From an uncultured delta proteobacterium (GTDB lineage: Bacteria > Desulfobacterota > Desulfobacteria > Desulfobacterales > QNYZ01), in contig CAWJQU010000004.1 in assembly GCA_963845145.1 (NCBI GenBank), positions 504,684-568,683 of the forward strand: a stretch of 64,000 bases of DNA, in the 5' to 3' direction. The notes below the pieces were generated by a model that was given only the letters and a program-made list of their open reading frames with translations, ran no database searches and was not told the DNA's origin. Position numbers and translations under genes: made by a program. Shown piece after piece: positions 53,297 through 62,860 of the stretch; position 1 is the stretch's first letter, and each line of letters begins with the position of its first letter.

Positions 53297-55168
53297 ATGA
53301 CCACACATTTAACATTGGCCCCGGTCGATATTTCCGTCAATCCTGATTCAACCGGGGATCTGATCATTGAAAACAACCTGTCTCTGGGAGATATCCCGGC
53401 CAATCTCGGGATCTGGCTGCGTGAAAACGCCCAAAGAGATCCGGGCGGCTATTTTCTCAAACAACGCGATGGCGAAGGAAACTGGGTCGGGCTGACCCAC
53501 GTCGAAACATTGGCCCGCGTCAACCGGATCAGTAACGGTTTGGTTGCCTTAAGCCTGCCTCCCGGCCACCCGGTGGCCATTTTATCGGAAAACAGTATCA
53601 ATATGGCCTTGATTCAACTGGCCGTCATGCAGGTGGGGTTGGCGGCCGTGCCCATCAGCCTGGCCTATTCGCTGCGTTCCGAATCGGGGCTCCAATTCAA
53701 ACATATCCTTGATGTTACGAAGGCGTCGGTGCTGGTCATGTCCGATGCCGACTGGCACATGCCCAAGATCAGCCGATGGATCAAGGAGATAAAAGGGCTT
53801 GAAAAAGAGATGCACCTTTTCGCCTTTACCCATAGCGACAACCACGACCATGTGCGCCCTTTTTCCGATCTTTTTGTCGACACCGGTACGTTGGACGCCG
53901 ATGCCGAAGCCCGCTTTCTATCCGTCACCCCGGCTACCCTGGCGAAGATTCAGTTTACCTCCGGATCGACCAATCTACCCAAAGGGGTGACGGTGACCCA
54001 CGGCATGATGACCACCAATCAGGTGGCCGTTCATCGGATGTGGCCCTTTCTGGACAACAATGAAACGATCGTCGACTGGTTGCCCTGGAACCATACGTTT
54101 GGCGGTAACTATGTCTTCAATATGATGTTAAAGCATGGCGGCACCTTCCACATTGATAACGGCAACCCCACGCCCGAAGCATTCCCCAAGACCATTCAAA
54201 ATATCAAAGACGTTTCGCCCACGCTCTATTTCGGGGTACCTCGCAGCTACAGCGCTCTTTACGATCAGATGAAGACGGACGAAGCCTTGAAACAGGCTTT
54301 TTTTAAAAACCTGAAATTTATTTTTACCGCGGCCGCGGCGTTGGATCAGGCGACCTTTGAAGGGATCAAGGCGATGAGCCGGGAGGTGCGTGGCGAAGCG
54401 GTCCCCTTTTTCTCGGCCTGGGGTGCGACTGAAACCGCCCCCGACGCCACCCTGATCTACTGGAATATCGATGATTCCCGGGTGATCGGGCTGCCCATTC
54501 CCGGTGTGAAAGTCAAGCTGGCTACCGATTCATCAGGGAAAAAAGAGCTGCGCGTGAAAGGACCGAACGTGACAGCCGGCTATTACAACAATCCCGCTGC
54601 CACCGCCGAAGCCTTTGACGACGATGGGTATTACCGCAGTCAGGATGGGGGCAAGTTCCTCGACCCCGACCATCCGGAACAAGGGCTAATCTTCGATGGC
54701 CGTACCACTGAAGATTTCAAGCTTTCCAGCGGCACCTGGGTGCACAACGCCGCCATTCGAAACAGCATCAACAACATTGGCCAGCCCTACCTGTTGGAAG
54801 TGGTCATCGCCGCTCCCAGCCGGGCCTATCTCACGGCACTGGTGTTTCCCAATTTTCCGGCATTGCGCCGAAAGTTTGCTGGTGCCGATAGCCGACATGC
54901 CGATGACGCGACCTTCTTAAAAGACGACGCCGTAAAATCATTTTTTAAAGAGGTGTTCAAACAGCACAACCAGGCCAACACCGGCAGCAGCGCACGCATC
55001 GCGCGCTTCTCCTTATTGGCCGACCCCCCGATGATCGACAAAAACGAAACCACGGACAAAGGTTACATAAATCAGATCGCCGTTCTCACCCACCGTGCCG
55101 AAACAGTGGCGGCCTTATACGCGGAGCCACCTTCTGATAGCGTGGTTTTGGTGGATGGACCGCTATAG
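53297..55168 (+). CDS. Feruloyl-CoA synthetase-like acyl-CoA ligase
   Basis: FTSGSTNLPKG, DWLPWNHTFGG, WGATETAP, FDGRTTEDFKLSSGTWV, TDKGYINQ. Confidence 0.88.
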   Translation: MTTHLTLAPVDISVNPDSTGDLIIENNLSLGDIPANLGIWLRENAQRDPGGYFLKQRDGEGNWVGLTHVETLARVNRISNGLVALSLPPGHPVAILSENSINMALIQLAVMQVGLAAVPISLAYSLRSESGLQFKHILDVTKASVLVMSDADWHMPKISRWIKEIKGLEKEMHLFAFTHSDNHDHVRPFSDLFVDTGTLDADAEARFLSVTPATLAKIQFTSGSTNLPKGVTVTHGMMTTNQVAVHRMWPFLDNNETIVDWLPWNHTFGGNYVFNMMLKHGGTFHIDNGNPTPEAFPKTIQNIKDVSPTLYFGVPRSYSALYDQMKTDEALKQAFFKNLKFIFTAAAALDQATFEGIKAMSREVRGEAVPFFSAWGATETAPDATLIYWNIDDSRVIGLPIPGVKVKLATDSSGKKELRVKGPNVTAGYYNNPAATAEAFDDDGYYRSQDGGKFLDPDHPEQGLIFDGRTTEDFKLSSGTWVHNAAIRNSINNIGQPYLLEVVIAAPSRAYLTALVFPNFPALRRKFAGADSRHADDATFLKDDAVKSFFKEVFKQHNQANTGSSARIARFSLLADPPMIDKNETTDKGYINQIAVLTHRAETVAALYAEPPSDSVVLVDGPL

Positions 55169-55530
55169 AGAGGATGAGATAACATCCCAATATAATGGTC
55201 TCTTTTATTCCCCTTTTTAAGTCTAAAAACCGGATTTCCCAAAATTGATACGATTTATTGTAATCCTTATTTGGGTGTTATTCGTCTAAATTACTACAAG
55301 GGTCCATGATTAAAAACCGGGTGTGGGTATTTTTGTTGTGAATCAAAATTAAACCGTGTGGTTGTATCTATCGAAAAGAAGACCTACATTTCGCCGTTAT
55401 TATGAAAAGGTGATCGCTTGGATGGTCAAACCGATCAGTCAGGATGAAAACGATGATTCAATTCAATGGAAACCATTTTCTCAAGAACGATTCAGCTTTA
55501 TCTGGTCTACTAAGAAAAGGAGAGGGTATT

Positions 55531-55950
55531 ATGTTTTCGAAAATGTCAGGAATACTTGTCGTTTCGGCAATGTTGGTGTTGTTGCTATCGTTTAGTGGAT
55601 GTGCGACGGCTCCTCAGGCCCCATCAAATCAAGCCTATCAAACGGGCGCCGTGGGCGCGGGGGTGGGGGCTGCGGCCGGTGCGTTGTTGGATAAAAATAA
55701 TAGCTGGCGCGGTGGCGTAATCGGTGCCGGCCTGGGGGCTATTCTGGGCGGAGCTGTAGGAGAGATCAATAATCGGGCTATCCGGGAGGCTGCCAACCGC
55801 CAACAACCGGTGGTTTATACGAACTCGTCCGGTAATCAGAGGGTCGAGGCCATTCCGCGGGGTACGAAGAATAATTGCCGTGTCGTAACGGAAAGATACT
55901 TTGAAAACGGTCAGTTGGTTAAAGAGATCGACCGGGAAGTTTGCGAATAG
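55531..55950 (+). CDS. Glycine-zipper lipoprotein
   Basis: Probable start MFSKMSG; lipobox FSGC; GAVGAGVGAAAGA...GGVIGAGLGAILGGAVG. Confidence 0.82.
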   Translation: MFSKMSGILVVSAMLVLLLSFSGCATAPQAPSNQAYQTGAVGAGVGAAAGALLDKNNSWRGGVIGAGLGAILGGAVGEINNRAIREAANRQQPVVYTNSSGNQRVEAIPRGTKNNCRVVTERYFENGQLVKEIDREVCE

Positions 55951-56016
55951 CGGATGCACTTAATCAATTAAATCAAAAAACAATTGGGTTAAATTATACA
56001 CCAAAGGGGGGGACAT

Positions 56017-56274
56017 ATGAAATGGACTGTTGTTTTACTGATGGTGGTAACGTTGGGGTTAGCTGTATCCATTAACCCGGCCGTGTCTAAACAGGCATCG
56101 GCAGAGATTTTTAAGACAATGGACAAAAACGGAGACCAGAAGGTCAATGTTGAAGAGTATATTGCTGTCTGTAAACACGGCAAGGATAAATGTATTGAAG
56201 AGTTTAAATGGTTCGACCGCAATAATGATGGCAACATGACTTTGCCCGAGTATGAGGGTAAAGTTAAAAAGTAA
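56017..56274 (+). CDS. Secreted EF-hand protein
   Basis: Signal peptide; DKNGDQKVNVEE and DRNNDGNMTLPE loops. Confidence 0.82.
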   Translation: MKWTVVLLMVVTLGLAVSINPAVSKQASAEIFKTMDKNGDQKVNVEEYIAVCKHGKDKCIEEFKWFDRNNDGNMTLPEYEGKVKK

Positions 56275-56397
56275 AATCCTTGCGAGTGTTTATCTGCCAA
56301 GGGCCTTGCCATTAGATTGGGCAGTTCGGGTCAAGTAGGGTCGTATCCGGTACTGATGCTATAATTTTGGAATGCTTACGTTTGGTTCAGTTTTTAA

Positions 56398-56436
56398 GAA
56401 CCCCCTGGCAATGTTTTTGTCAGGGGGTCTTTCTTT
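56398..56436 (+). terminator. Putative intrinsic terminator
   Basis: GAACCCCCTGGCAA...TTGTCAGGGGGTC hairpin followed by TTTCTTT. Confidence 0.6.
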
Positions 56437-56769
56437 AAGCAGGTAAAAAGGCGCGACGTATTGAAATGATATAAATATTTTAATATACATCCAAAAACCG
56501 GGGTATTGCCTATGCCCGGCCGCATTTTACGCCCACCGGGACCCTTTTCATAGATCCCTACTCGTTTTTAGGAATTCTTAATTCCGATGTTTTATAAGTC
56601 GGAAGTACAAATTCTACTGGTTAATATCTTTTGTGTTTTCTTAGTGTTAGGTCTCTTAGAAGAATTAAGGGTAATTTTTAAAATTGTCGCCGCGAATTAG
56701 ATATTCTTTTTTTTGGGGACTTTGCGATTAAAACAAAATTATTCTCAATTATAACGAATAGATATGATT

Positions 56770-56785
56770 TGGCATATATTATGCT
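56770..56785 (+). promoter_or_regulatory. Sigma54 (-24/-12) promoter
   Basis: TGGCATATATTATGCT with correct GG/GC spacing, about 65 bp upstream of the 56851 start. Confidence 0.65.
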
Positions 56786-56850
56786 TTAGTATTTTTCGAA
56801 AAAGCCCCAAGCAGGGCTGCACTTAGACCTACCAAAAGGAGAAATGAAAA

Positions 56851-57138
56851 ATGAGTAAAAACATGAAGCGGGTTCTTTTCGGAATGTTGTTGGTTGTTGG
56901 CGTTGCCTTTTTTGTTTCAGGAACGGCGGTAGCCGGCGAAATGAGCATCACTGGTACCATTAACGAGGATGGTAAGCTGGTGGATAACGATGATGTTGTC
57001 TACGATATTGCCGATACTGAGGAAGGCAGCAAGCTGATGGATATGGAAGGTGATAAAGTGACCATAAAGGGTATGGTGGAAGAGGTTGAAGGTGTAAAGA
57101 CCATCACCGTTACCGAATTTAAAGTTCTTGAGGAGTAA
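56851..57138 (+). CDS. Small secreted acidic hypothetical protein (probable OB-like beta fold)
   Basis: AGGAG RBS; signal peptide ending AVA; ITGTI...KVTIKGMVEE...ITVTEF. Confidence 0.8.
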   Translation: MSKNMKRVLFGMLLVVGVAFFVSGTAVAGEMSITGTINEDGKLVDNDDVVYDIADTEEGSKLMDMEGDKVTIKGMVEEVEGVKTITVTEFKVLEE

Positions 57139-57279
57139 CTCACCGGACCTGATTGGCTATTATTAACTCATTGAGACCTTTGAGAAGTCATCTTTTCGGG
57201 CGATATTCCCTTTGTAAAGCCCCAAAAAACAATGAACCTTTCTCAAAGGTTTCTTTTTTTGAAGGGAGGGGATTTTTTC

Positions 57280-57577
57280 GTATTGTTTAAATGTCCGATG
57301 CCCGGCCCGGCTATATGGCTGCCCGTCGCTCCACCAGCGCCATGCCGTCTAAGCGGGTCGCCCTTATTTTTACCACCGGCACATAATCGCTGGGTGGATC
57401 GGGTTTTTATGCGCGACCTCTTCATGCTTGAAAAAAATCCCACGATGGATTTTCCACCCGACCATCCACGACATCATGGTCACTCAGTTTGTTGATGTAT
57501 TTCAAATAATGGGTAGCCACTAATAATCGCATACTGATCGCCGGTCGTCCGTTGTGCGGGCAATAGGTCGCACTAAA
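57280..57577 (-). mobile_element. Degraded IS5-family transposase remnant
   Basis: Minus-strand fragments FSATYCPHNGRPAISMRLLVATHYLKYINKLSDHDVVDGRVENPSWDFF, HKNPIHPAIMCRW* and RRAAI*PG/IGHL resemble IS5 N-terminal (GRP...LHYLK...LSDE...WVENPYWQ) and C-terminal (RRAAIEPxIGHLK) motifs; the middle is deleted. Confidence 0.75.
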
Positions 57578-58308
57578 CAGGATGGCACTTTTAAAGTAAG
57601 AATATGATTACCGGACCTTGCCGGACCTGCCATTAAAAAACAACCCGAAAGAGCATCCATCAGTACAACAAATTATAAAATCGACCCAAAAAGGCCGTAA
57701 TTTCCCCCCATCCATCATAAAAACATTAAAAATTGTCATTTTAATTGGTTTTTAAGCCAAAATACGACCCTTAAGATGCCTTATGATTTCAAATAGATAT
57801 TAACAAACTACGTAGAAATACATACCAACTTTATACGAAAAAAAACCGTTTGACAGACTCGGTTTTATCTGTCACGAAAAACCTATCTACTTTGGGGGTG
57901 TTTGGGTGCTGGATATGACATTATTGTTGCGTGTTATTTCATCCTACCCTGTTTCAAAAGTTTTTAAATTGGCACTATCGATCGTTAGAAAAGGCCACGT
58001 CTTAGACTCAAACACCCCCACCCATCGATAATTTCAACCCCTGAAATGAAAAGAATCAGATTAATGAGGATACGAGGATGCTATTGTTTGGAAATCCGTT
58101 CGTTTAAAATACGTGGTGGGGGAGTATTGCAATAAGGCAGGAGCCCTGGTGAATTTTAGGGGCAAAGGCAGATTAGGGAAAAGAGGCCAGGTGTAAAAAT
58201 ACAGTGGTTGGAAGTTTTTCCATATTTTCCGACGAATATCATTATAAACAGAAAAATCTTCCAGGTATAGGGTTCGATATCATGGAAAATTTTACATCTA
58301 TTAGCCCT

Positions 58309-58516
58309 GATAATCTGACCGTGAGCTCCGCTGCGCTACGCACACGGTCAGATTATCGGCGCGGTTGCGCTTCGCTCCAATGCACTGGACAGGCTCCGCT
58401 CACGCTCTGCCTATCCAATGCATTGGAGCCGACTTCGATTCTCAACATGAGAAGGAAAGAAAAACCCCTTTCCTCCACATGTCTGCGAGTCTCGCGACTC
58501 AACCGCGCCGTTATGC
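58309..58516 (+). repeat. attC-like site 1 (long, multi-hairpin)
   Basis: GGCGCGGTTG (58358-67) pairs with CAACCGCGCC (58500-09), followed by the R' core GTTATGC (58510-16); internal hairpins; left R'' box not canonical. Confidence 0.65.
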
Positions 58517-58537
58517 GGCTGCTATAGTGAGACTTTG

Positions 58538-59300
58538 ATGTTAAGAAACAAATTCATATTAAGCTTATTATTTTCCGCAAGTATTATAATTCCCGCTGTT
58601 GTTTATGCAGACGAATTATCAATTCTTATTAAACTAGCACAAGGGCAAGAATTCGAAAAATCGGGTAAATTTCAGGAGGCTGTCGAAGTATATGAAAAGG
58701 CTATGCGGGAAGATCCCCGCAGCGTGCATGTCTATATGAGTCTTGGCCATATTTATCAATACGAAACTCAATGACAAAGAGAAAGCGATAGAGTTCTACA
58801 AGAGAAGCCTTGCATATGCACCAAATGATCACGGAATGAGTTCGAATATTATGTACGCTTATTTTGATGTCGGTGATCATATCGAAAATGCGATTAAAGC
58901 ATATAAAATACTTTCAAAAAATGGATCACGAGTCTTCATCATTCTTTTCCAAGAGATGTTTTAAATGAATGATTGTAAATATGAGCGATGAGGAAGTGAT
59001 CGATTTCTGCAGAAGTATTTATCTATAAACTCAAAAGACATAATTCTGAGAGAGAAACTATCAGATGTATATATGAATAGAAAAGAGTATGAAAAGGCAA
59101 GAACTGAGTATGACGCAAGGTTAAGGTCAGGTAGAGAAAAATATAGCGTAGGGCGGATTTACTTTGGTTTAGCAGTGTGTGACTACTATTTAGGGCAATA
59201 CCAAAACTCTCTGGATTACTTAACCAAGGCTAAAGATTTAGGTCAGTACGTTCCCGATCAGTATTTTGAGATGGTTCGGGAAAAGATAAGAAATAAATAG
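58538..59300 (+). pseudogene. Cassette 1: secreted TPR-repeat protein, frameshifted
   Basis: Signal peptide plus TPR motifs (AVEVYEKAMREDP, AIEFYKRSLAYAP, YFGLAVCDYYLGQYQNSLDYLTKA) spread over several frames. Confidence 0.75.
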
Positions 59301-59316
59301 CATTGGAAATGATGAC

Positions 59317-59327
59317 GCATAACCAGT
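59317..59327 (+). repeat. attC site 2 remnant (R'' box only)
   Basis: GCATAAC 16 nt after the TPR stop; exact complement of the GTTATGC preceding the cassette; rest of the hairpin missing. Confidence 0.55.
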
Positions 59328-59342
59328 CTATGAGGTTTTTCA

Positions 59343-59642
59343 ATGAATTACGAAACGATATATTTTCACGGCATCACGGCAATTATTTTTGGTTGCTGCT
59401 ATATCTATCAGGAGGTTTATCCTCGAGTAGCCGGACAGGTCTTAGGCTCATTTTATCTCTGATATAAAGATGATTATGTCTGGCCTCATTCCTGATGGTA
59501 ACTCGTCACACCGGAGCAATCAGCACAAATGTCAATTTATAAAACTGACTTATGTAATTAAAGTTTTGTTTTGGGCTTATTAATTTCGGCTTTAGGTGCA
59601 ATTGGGATCTTACAATTTTCAAAAAAAATAAAGAGAACATAA
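59343..59642 (+). pseudogene. Cassette 2: degraded small membrane protein
   Basis: GAGG plus ATG MNYETIYFHGITAIIFGCC...; broken frames; final frame LLISALGAIGILQFSKKIKRT ends with a TAA inside the attC R'' box. Confidence 0.5.
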
Positions 59643-59745
59643 CCATCGAGCGGATCAACCAGACGGGAAAAACTATGCGATTTTACGGAAATGCCGTCCT
59701 AGATTAAAAGTCATTTGGCCCGCTGGTTATCCGCGAACGTTACTT
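59637..59745 (+). repeat. attC site 3
   Basis: R'' ACATAAC; inner arms GCGGATCAACCAGACGGG / CCCGCTGGTTATCCGC pair with extrahelical bases; R' GTTACTT. Confidence 0.8.
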
Positions 59746-59765
59746 TTACTTATTGAGAGATAATT

Positions 59766-60592
59766 ATGATTAGAATCGAAGGTAACGGTTTTATAAAAGG
59801 TAAATGTTTGGAAAGCTTGGAACGGGTTGCTCAGGTTAACACAGATTTATTAAATGTATTGGTTGAATTCAGTAACTTTTCAGAAGAATTAAAGAAAGAT
59901 TTCGTTGTATTTAGACATGAAACCCCTGAAGAAAAACAGAAAGTTGTATCCATGGTTGTTTTTATATCCGCATGTTAGAAATAATACAATCATTTATCAT
60001 ATTGGCCAACAGAGGGTTTCATCAAGAGCTGCGTTCACTCTTTCGGATTTTTTTAGATGCTTATTTTGTACTTGCCAACTGTTGTACTGACTCAGGTTTT
60101 ATCCCAATTTTTTTCCTATCCGATGAGCGCGCCAGACTGAAAATTTTGAACTCGTCTTTGAAATATGAAAGCGAATTATTCAAAAAAACAAAAGAATATG
60201 CTCAAAAGGAAAGAGACAAACTGGATAAAAATGTGAAGGATGAAAAAATCCAGGCATTCAATTCATTTCTTTTTGCAAAAAATGTCGGGTGCGAAGAAAT
60301 ATATGACTCTATGTACCGCATTACCAGCGCTTCAATTCATACCTCGCCAAGATGCTTAGGACATTACGTAGAGGTTGACGACAACGGGAATATTCTCTTG
60401 ATCAAACATCACCCTGATCCTGAGGAAACTAATACACGTATTTACGATATCTCGTATTTTTTTATCAAGGCGATCTCAGGCATGTGCGAATTGTTTGCTC
60501 TAAATTACGAAAACCAGATTAATGATTTTAATACAAAACTTGAAAAAGCTGCCTCTGTACTTGACGAAACCTATCAAGACGGATGCACCTGA
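59766..60592 (+). pseudogene. Cassette 3: DUF5677-like protein, one frameshift near 59970
   Basis: ORFs 59766-59978 and 59972-60592; LRSLFRIFLDAYFVL and DSMYRITSASIHTS resemble DUF5677 (HEPN-like). Confidence 0.6.
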
Positions 60593-60675
60593 CAGGAAAA
60601 ACTTGCGGGGTTTATCGTAAAGGCTTGGTGGATTTCGAAGGCCCTACAGCCTGCAGCTGATCCGCAGCGTAAACT
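60569..60675 (+). repeat. attC site 4 (degenerate cores)
   Basis: R'' ACCTATC (ACCTAAC would supply an in-frame stop for cassette 3); arms CGGATGCACCTGACAGG / CCTGCAGCTGATCCG; R' GTAAACT; architecture like site 3. Confidence 0.7.
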
Positions 60676-60685
60676 TTGAGGAATA

Positions 60686-61688
60686 ATGGATCTTCCCAAA
60701 GCAAATCATTCAAAAACAGCACGAGTCTGAATCTTACGCCATACTTTTGTACAAATTACGAAATTTAGGGATTTTCAGAAACCTCACAGAAAACGATTAC
60801 GGAATTGACTTTGAAACCGAGATTGTCAATAAGGGAAGGCTCACCGGAAAGTATGTCAAGGTACAAGTGAAATCGGCGGAGGATACTGGATTACGCAAAA
60901 AAGATAATGTGCCGACTGTTTCCGGTATCAAACAGAGTACCCTTTGGTATTGGACTCAATTGAGTTTTAGCACCAATATTCTTGTGTTTCTTGTAGATAT
61001 AAAGAGTGAAGCTATTTATCTTACAAAGCCAATATTTTGGCAAGCTACAAGACTCATTGACGGTAGCAACAAAACAAAAACAATCGAATTCCTCCCTATC
61101 AGAGATTATTACGCCGAAGTCGCAAATGCCTTGACTTGGGCTTACGCACCTGGCCCCAACTATTCGTGATCGGATGTACTACCATATTGAAGCTATTCGT
61201 CACCTGAAAGAATTTGTTGAAATGCACTTGGGCGCTTTTTGGGTATGATGCTCATATGCTCATACAAGAGCCTCTCATCTTTGATCACTCTTTGAAGCTT
61301 TCCCAAAGGCTACTATAAGAAAAACCATGAATAAGTTTTCTAAAGAAGATCGCCATAATCCTTATAGTAGCCATTTCTGGAAGAAAAAGATGAATACTAT
61401 GAACTTTTTACAACTACATTGCCAGAACGCCTATTAAACATCATAATGCCAGATTTTATGGATTAACTTAGGGGTTTACGCAAGTACATAATCGATTCAT
61501 CGTACTATTGGATTCACAAAGATTTTGAATACTTTAAGCTTGTGTACATCAATAAAATACCTCATGAATTGGAGCACAAGAAACTTGCGGAAACATTGGA
61601 TCAATTCGAAGACGATATATATAGTATGGAAAAGGAATTTAATGAATTCATGGATGAATTCATCAAAACTCATAATGGTAAAAGTTAA
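60686..61688 (+). pseudogene. Cassette 4: DUF4365-like PD-(D/E)xK nuclease-domain protein, multiple frameshifts
   Basis: GAGG plus ATG at 60686; NDYGIDFETEIV...GKYVKVQVKS motif; final frame ends with a TAA inside the R'' box AGTTAAC. Confidence 0.7.
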
Positions 61689-61742
61689 CCATCTCTTGCA
61701 GCGGAGCGCAAAAAGCTGCATCCGCTGAAGCGCATGTTGGGT
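61683..61742 (+). repeat. attC site 5 (60 bp, canonical)
   Basis: R'' AGTTAAC; arms TTGCAGCGGAGCGCA / TGCATCCGCTGAA; R' GTTGGGT. Confidence 0.85.
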
Positions 61743-61791
61743 AGCAGATTTTAGGCTAATTGAGCTTTTTAAAGGGGCAAAGAGTTAGGAA

Positions 61792-62766
61792 ATGATTGAT
61801 ACTAATAATAAAAAAAGAGAAGAACGGCGTATTTTCGATTTAGTATATGGTGATCGATCATTTAATGAAGTAAAGGACTCCGAAACTCCAGACTTCCTTG
61901 TGCGTTACTTCCCAGATAAATCTTATTTTGGCGTCGAAGTAACCGAATACTATCTCAATGAAACAAACGCAAGGCTTGATAATATTCCAGATTACACAGG
62001 TCAATTACTTAATGGTAAAGATTTCAAACATAAGGATGACAGCAAGGTTTTGGACGTAGCAGAAATTGATATCATTAATAAAGACGGCAGCACTCATGTG
62101 AAAAATGTTTCCTCTATTATTCAGGAAGTGCCACCACCCAACAAATGCGCATACGATGTTGCAGAACGGATAATTTCCAAGGCGGGACTTCTAAATGCTT
62201 CCAAACAAAATCTTTCACATACTAACTTAATTATTAGTGATAAATCTGGCCTGCTAAGATTAATCAAAAAGAGGGATTTTTATAGAATTTATTTTATTCC
62301 AGAATTAATCAAGGCGATATCGACAGCACTCTTTCGTGAAATATTTCTTGTTACTATTCTTCAAGATGAACATGTTTACATACCTCTTAAAATGATACAC
62401 CTCTTGGCAGAAGCCTATTTATTCAATGGCGTAATTGTTCAAGACGGGTACGAGAAATTAATACCACCAGATATTGACTATGCCGAATTGTTCGGAGCCT
62501 ACTTGAACAGCCAAGCTACAAATAAAGTAATGATTCAGAGTGATGCTGATTATACAGAAGTCATCTTTGGCGATTCTGGGATTTTAATCAACAATGACAA
62601 CTCAGTTACTATAAGATTACATTCAGATTATGCCATTAGCCCTGTCGCAGTACAACCGAATATAAAATGGCAATCGATATTAGGCGAAAATTTCGACGAA
62701 GCAATGAGGAATTACCGAATGGCGAATGTTTTTTCGACAGAAGCATTTTTTTCAGTTAAACGATAA
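61792..62766 (+). CDS. Cassette 5: intact 324-aa hypothetical protein with PD-(D/E)xK-like nuclease motif
   Basis: EERRIF...SETPDFLV...YFGVEVTE motif; AGGA RBS; bounded by attC 5 and attC 6. Confidence 0.7.
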   Translation: MIDTNNKKREERRIFDLVYGDRSFNEVKDSETPDFLVRYFPDKSYFGVEVTEYYLNETNARLDNIPDYTGQLLNGKDFKHKDDSKVLDVAEIDIINKDGSTHVKNVSSIIQEVPPPNKCAYDVAERIISKAGLLNASKQNLSHTNLIISDKSGLLRLIKKRDFYRIYFIPELIKAISTALFREIFLVTILQDEHVYIPLKMIHLLAEAYLFNGVIVQDGYEKLIPPDIDYAELFGAYLNSQATNKVMIQSDADYTEVIFGDSGILINNDNSVTIRLHSDYAISPVAVQPNIKWQSILGENFDEAMRNYRMANVFSTEAFFSVKR

Positions 62767-62769
62767 GTT

Positions 62770-62827
62770 ACCCAACCATGCCTTCCAGCAGACGCAAAAA
62801 GGCGCTCCGCTGAAGGCCACTTTATGC
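62770..62827 (+). repeat. attC site 6 (58 bp)
   Basis: R'' ACCCAAC 3 nt after the stop; arms CCTTCCAGCAGACGC / GCGCTCCGCTGAAGG; R' TTTATGC (G>T); shares CCGCTGAAG and 5-nt spacing with site 5. Confidence 0.8.
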
Positions 62828-62860
62828 ATACATGGAATATTTACCCTAAAGGAGGTTGCT

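Noticed and set aside
52979..53300. ORFs 52979-53197 (-) and 53076-53300 (+)
   Set aside because: Overlap the MITE-like element and promoter region; no coding evidence
57232..57495. ORFs 57232-57495 (+) and 57243-57443 (-)
   Set aside because: By-products of the degraded IS5 sequence
57972..57990. Firm attI call at GCACTAT-CGATC-GTTAGAA
   Set aside because: attI sites cannot be identified reliably without a cognate intI; a GTTRRR match alone is expected by chance
58204..58527. 107-aa ORF before the first cassette
   Set aside because: Runs through the palindromic attC-like element; no RBS or protein-like features
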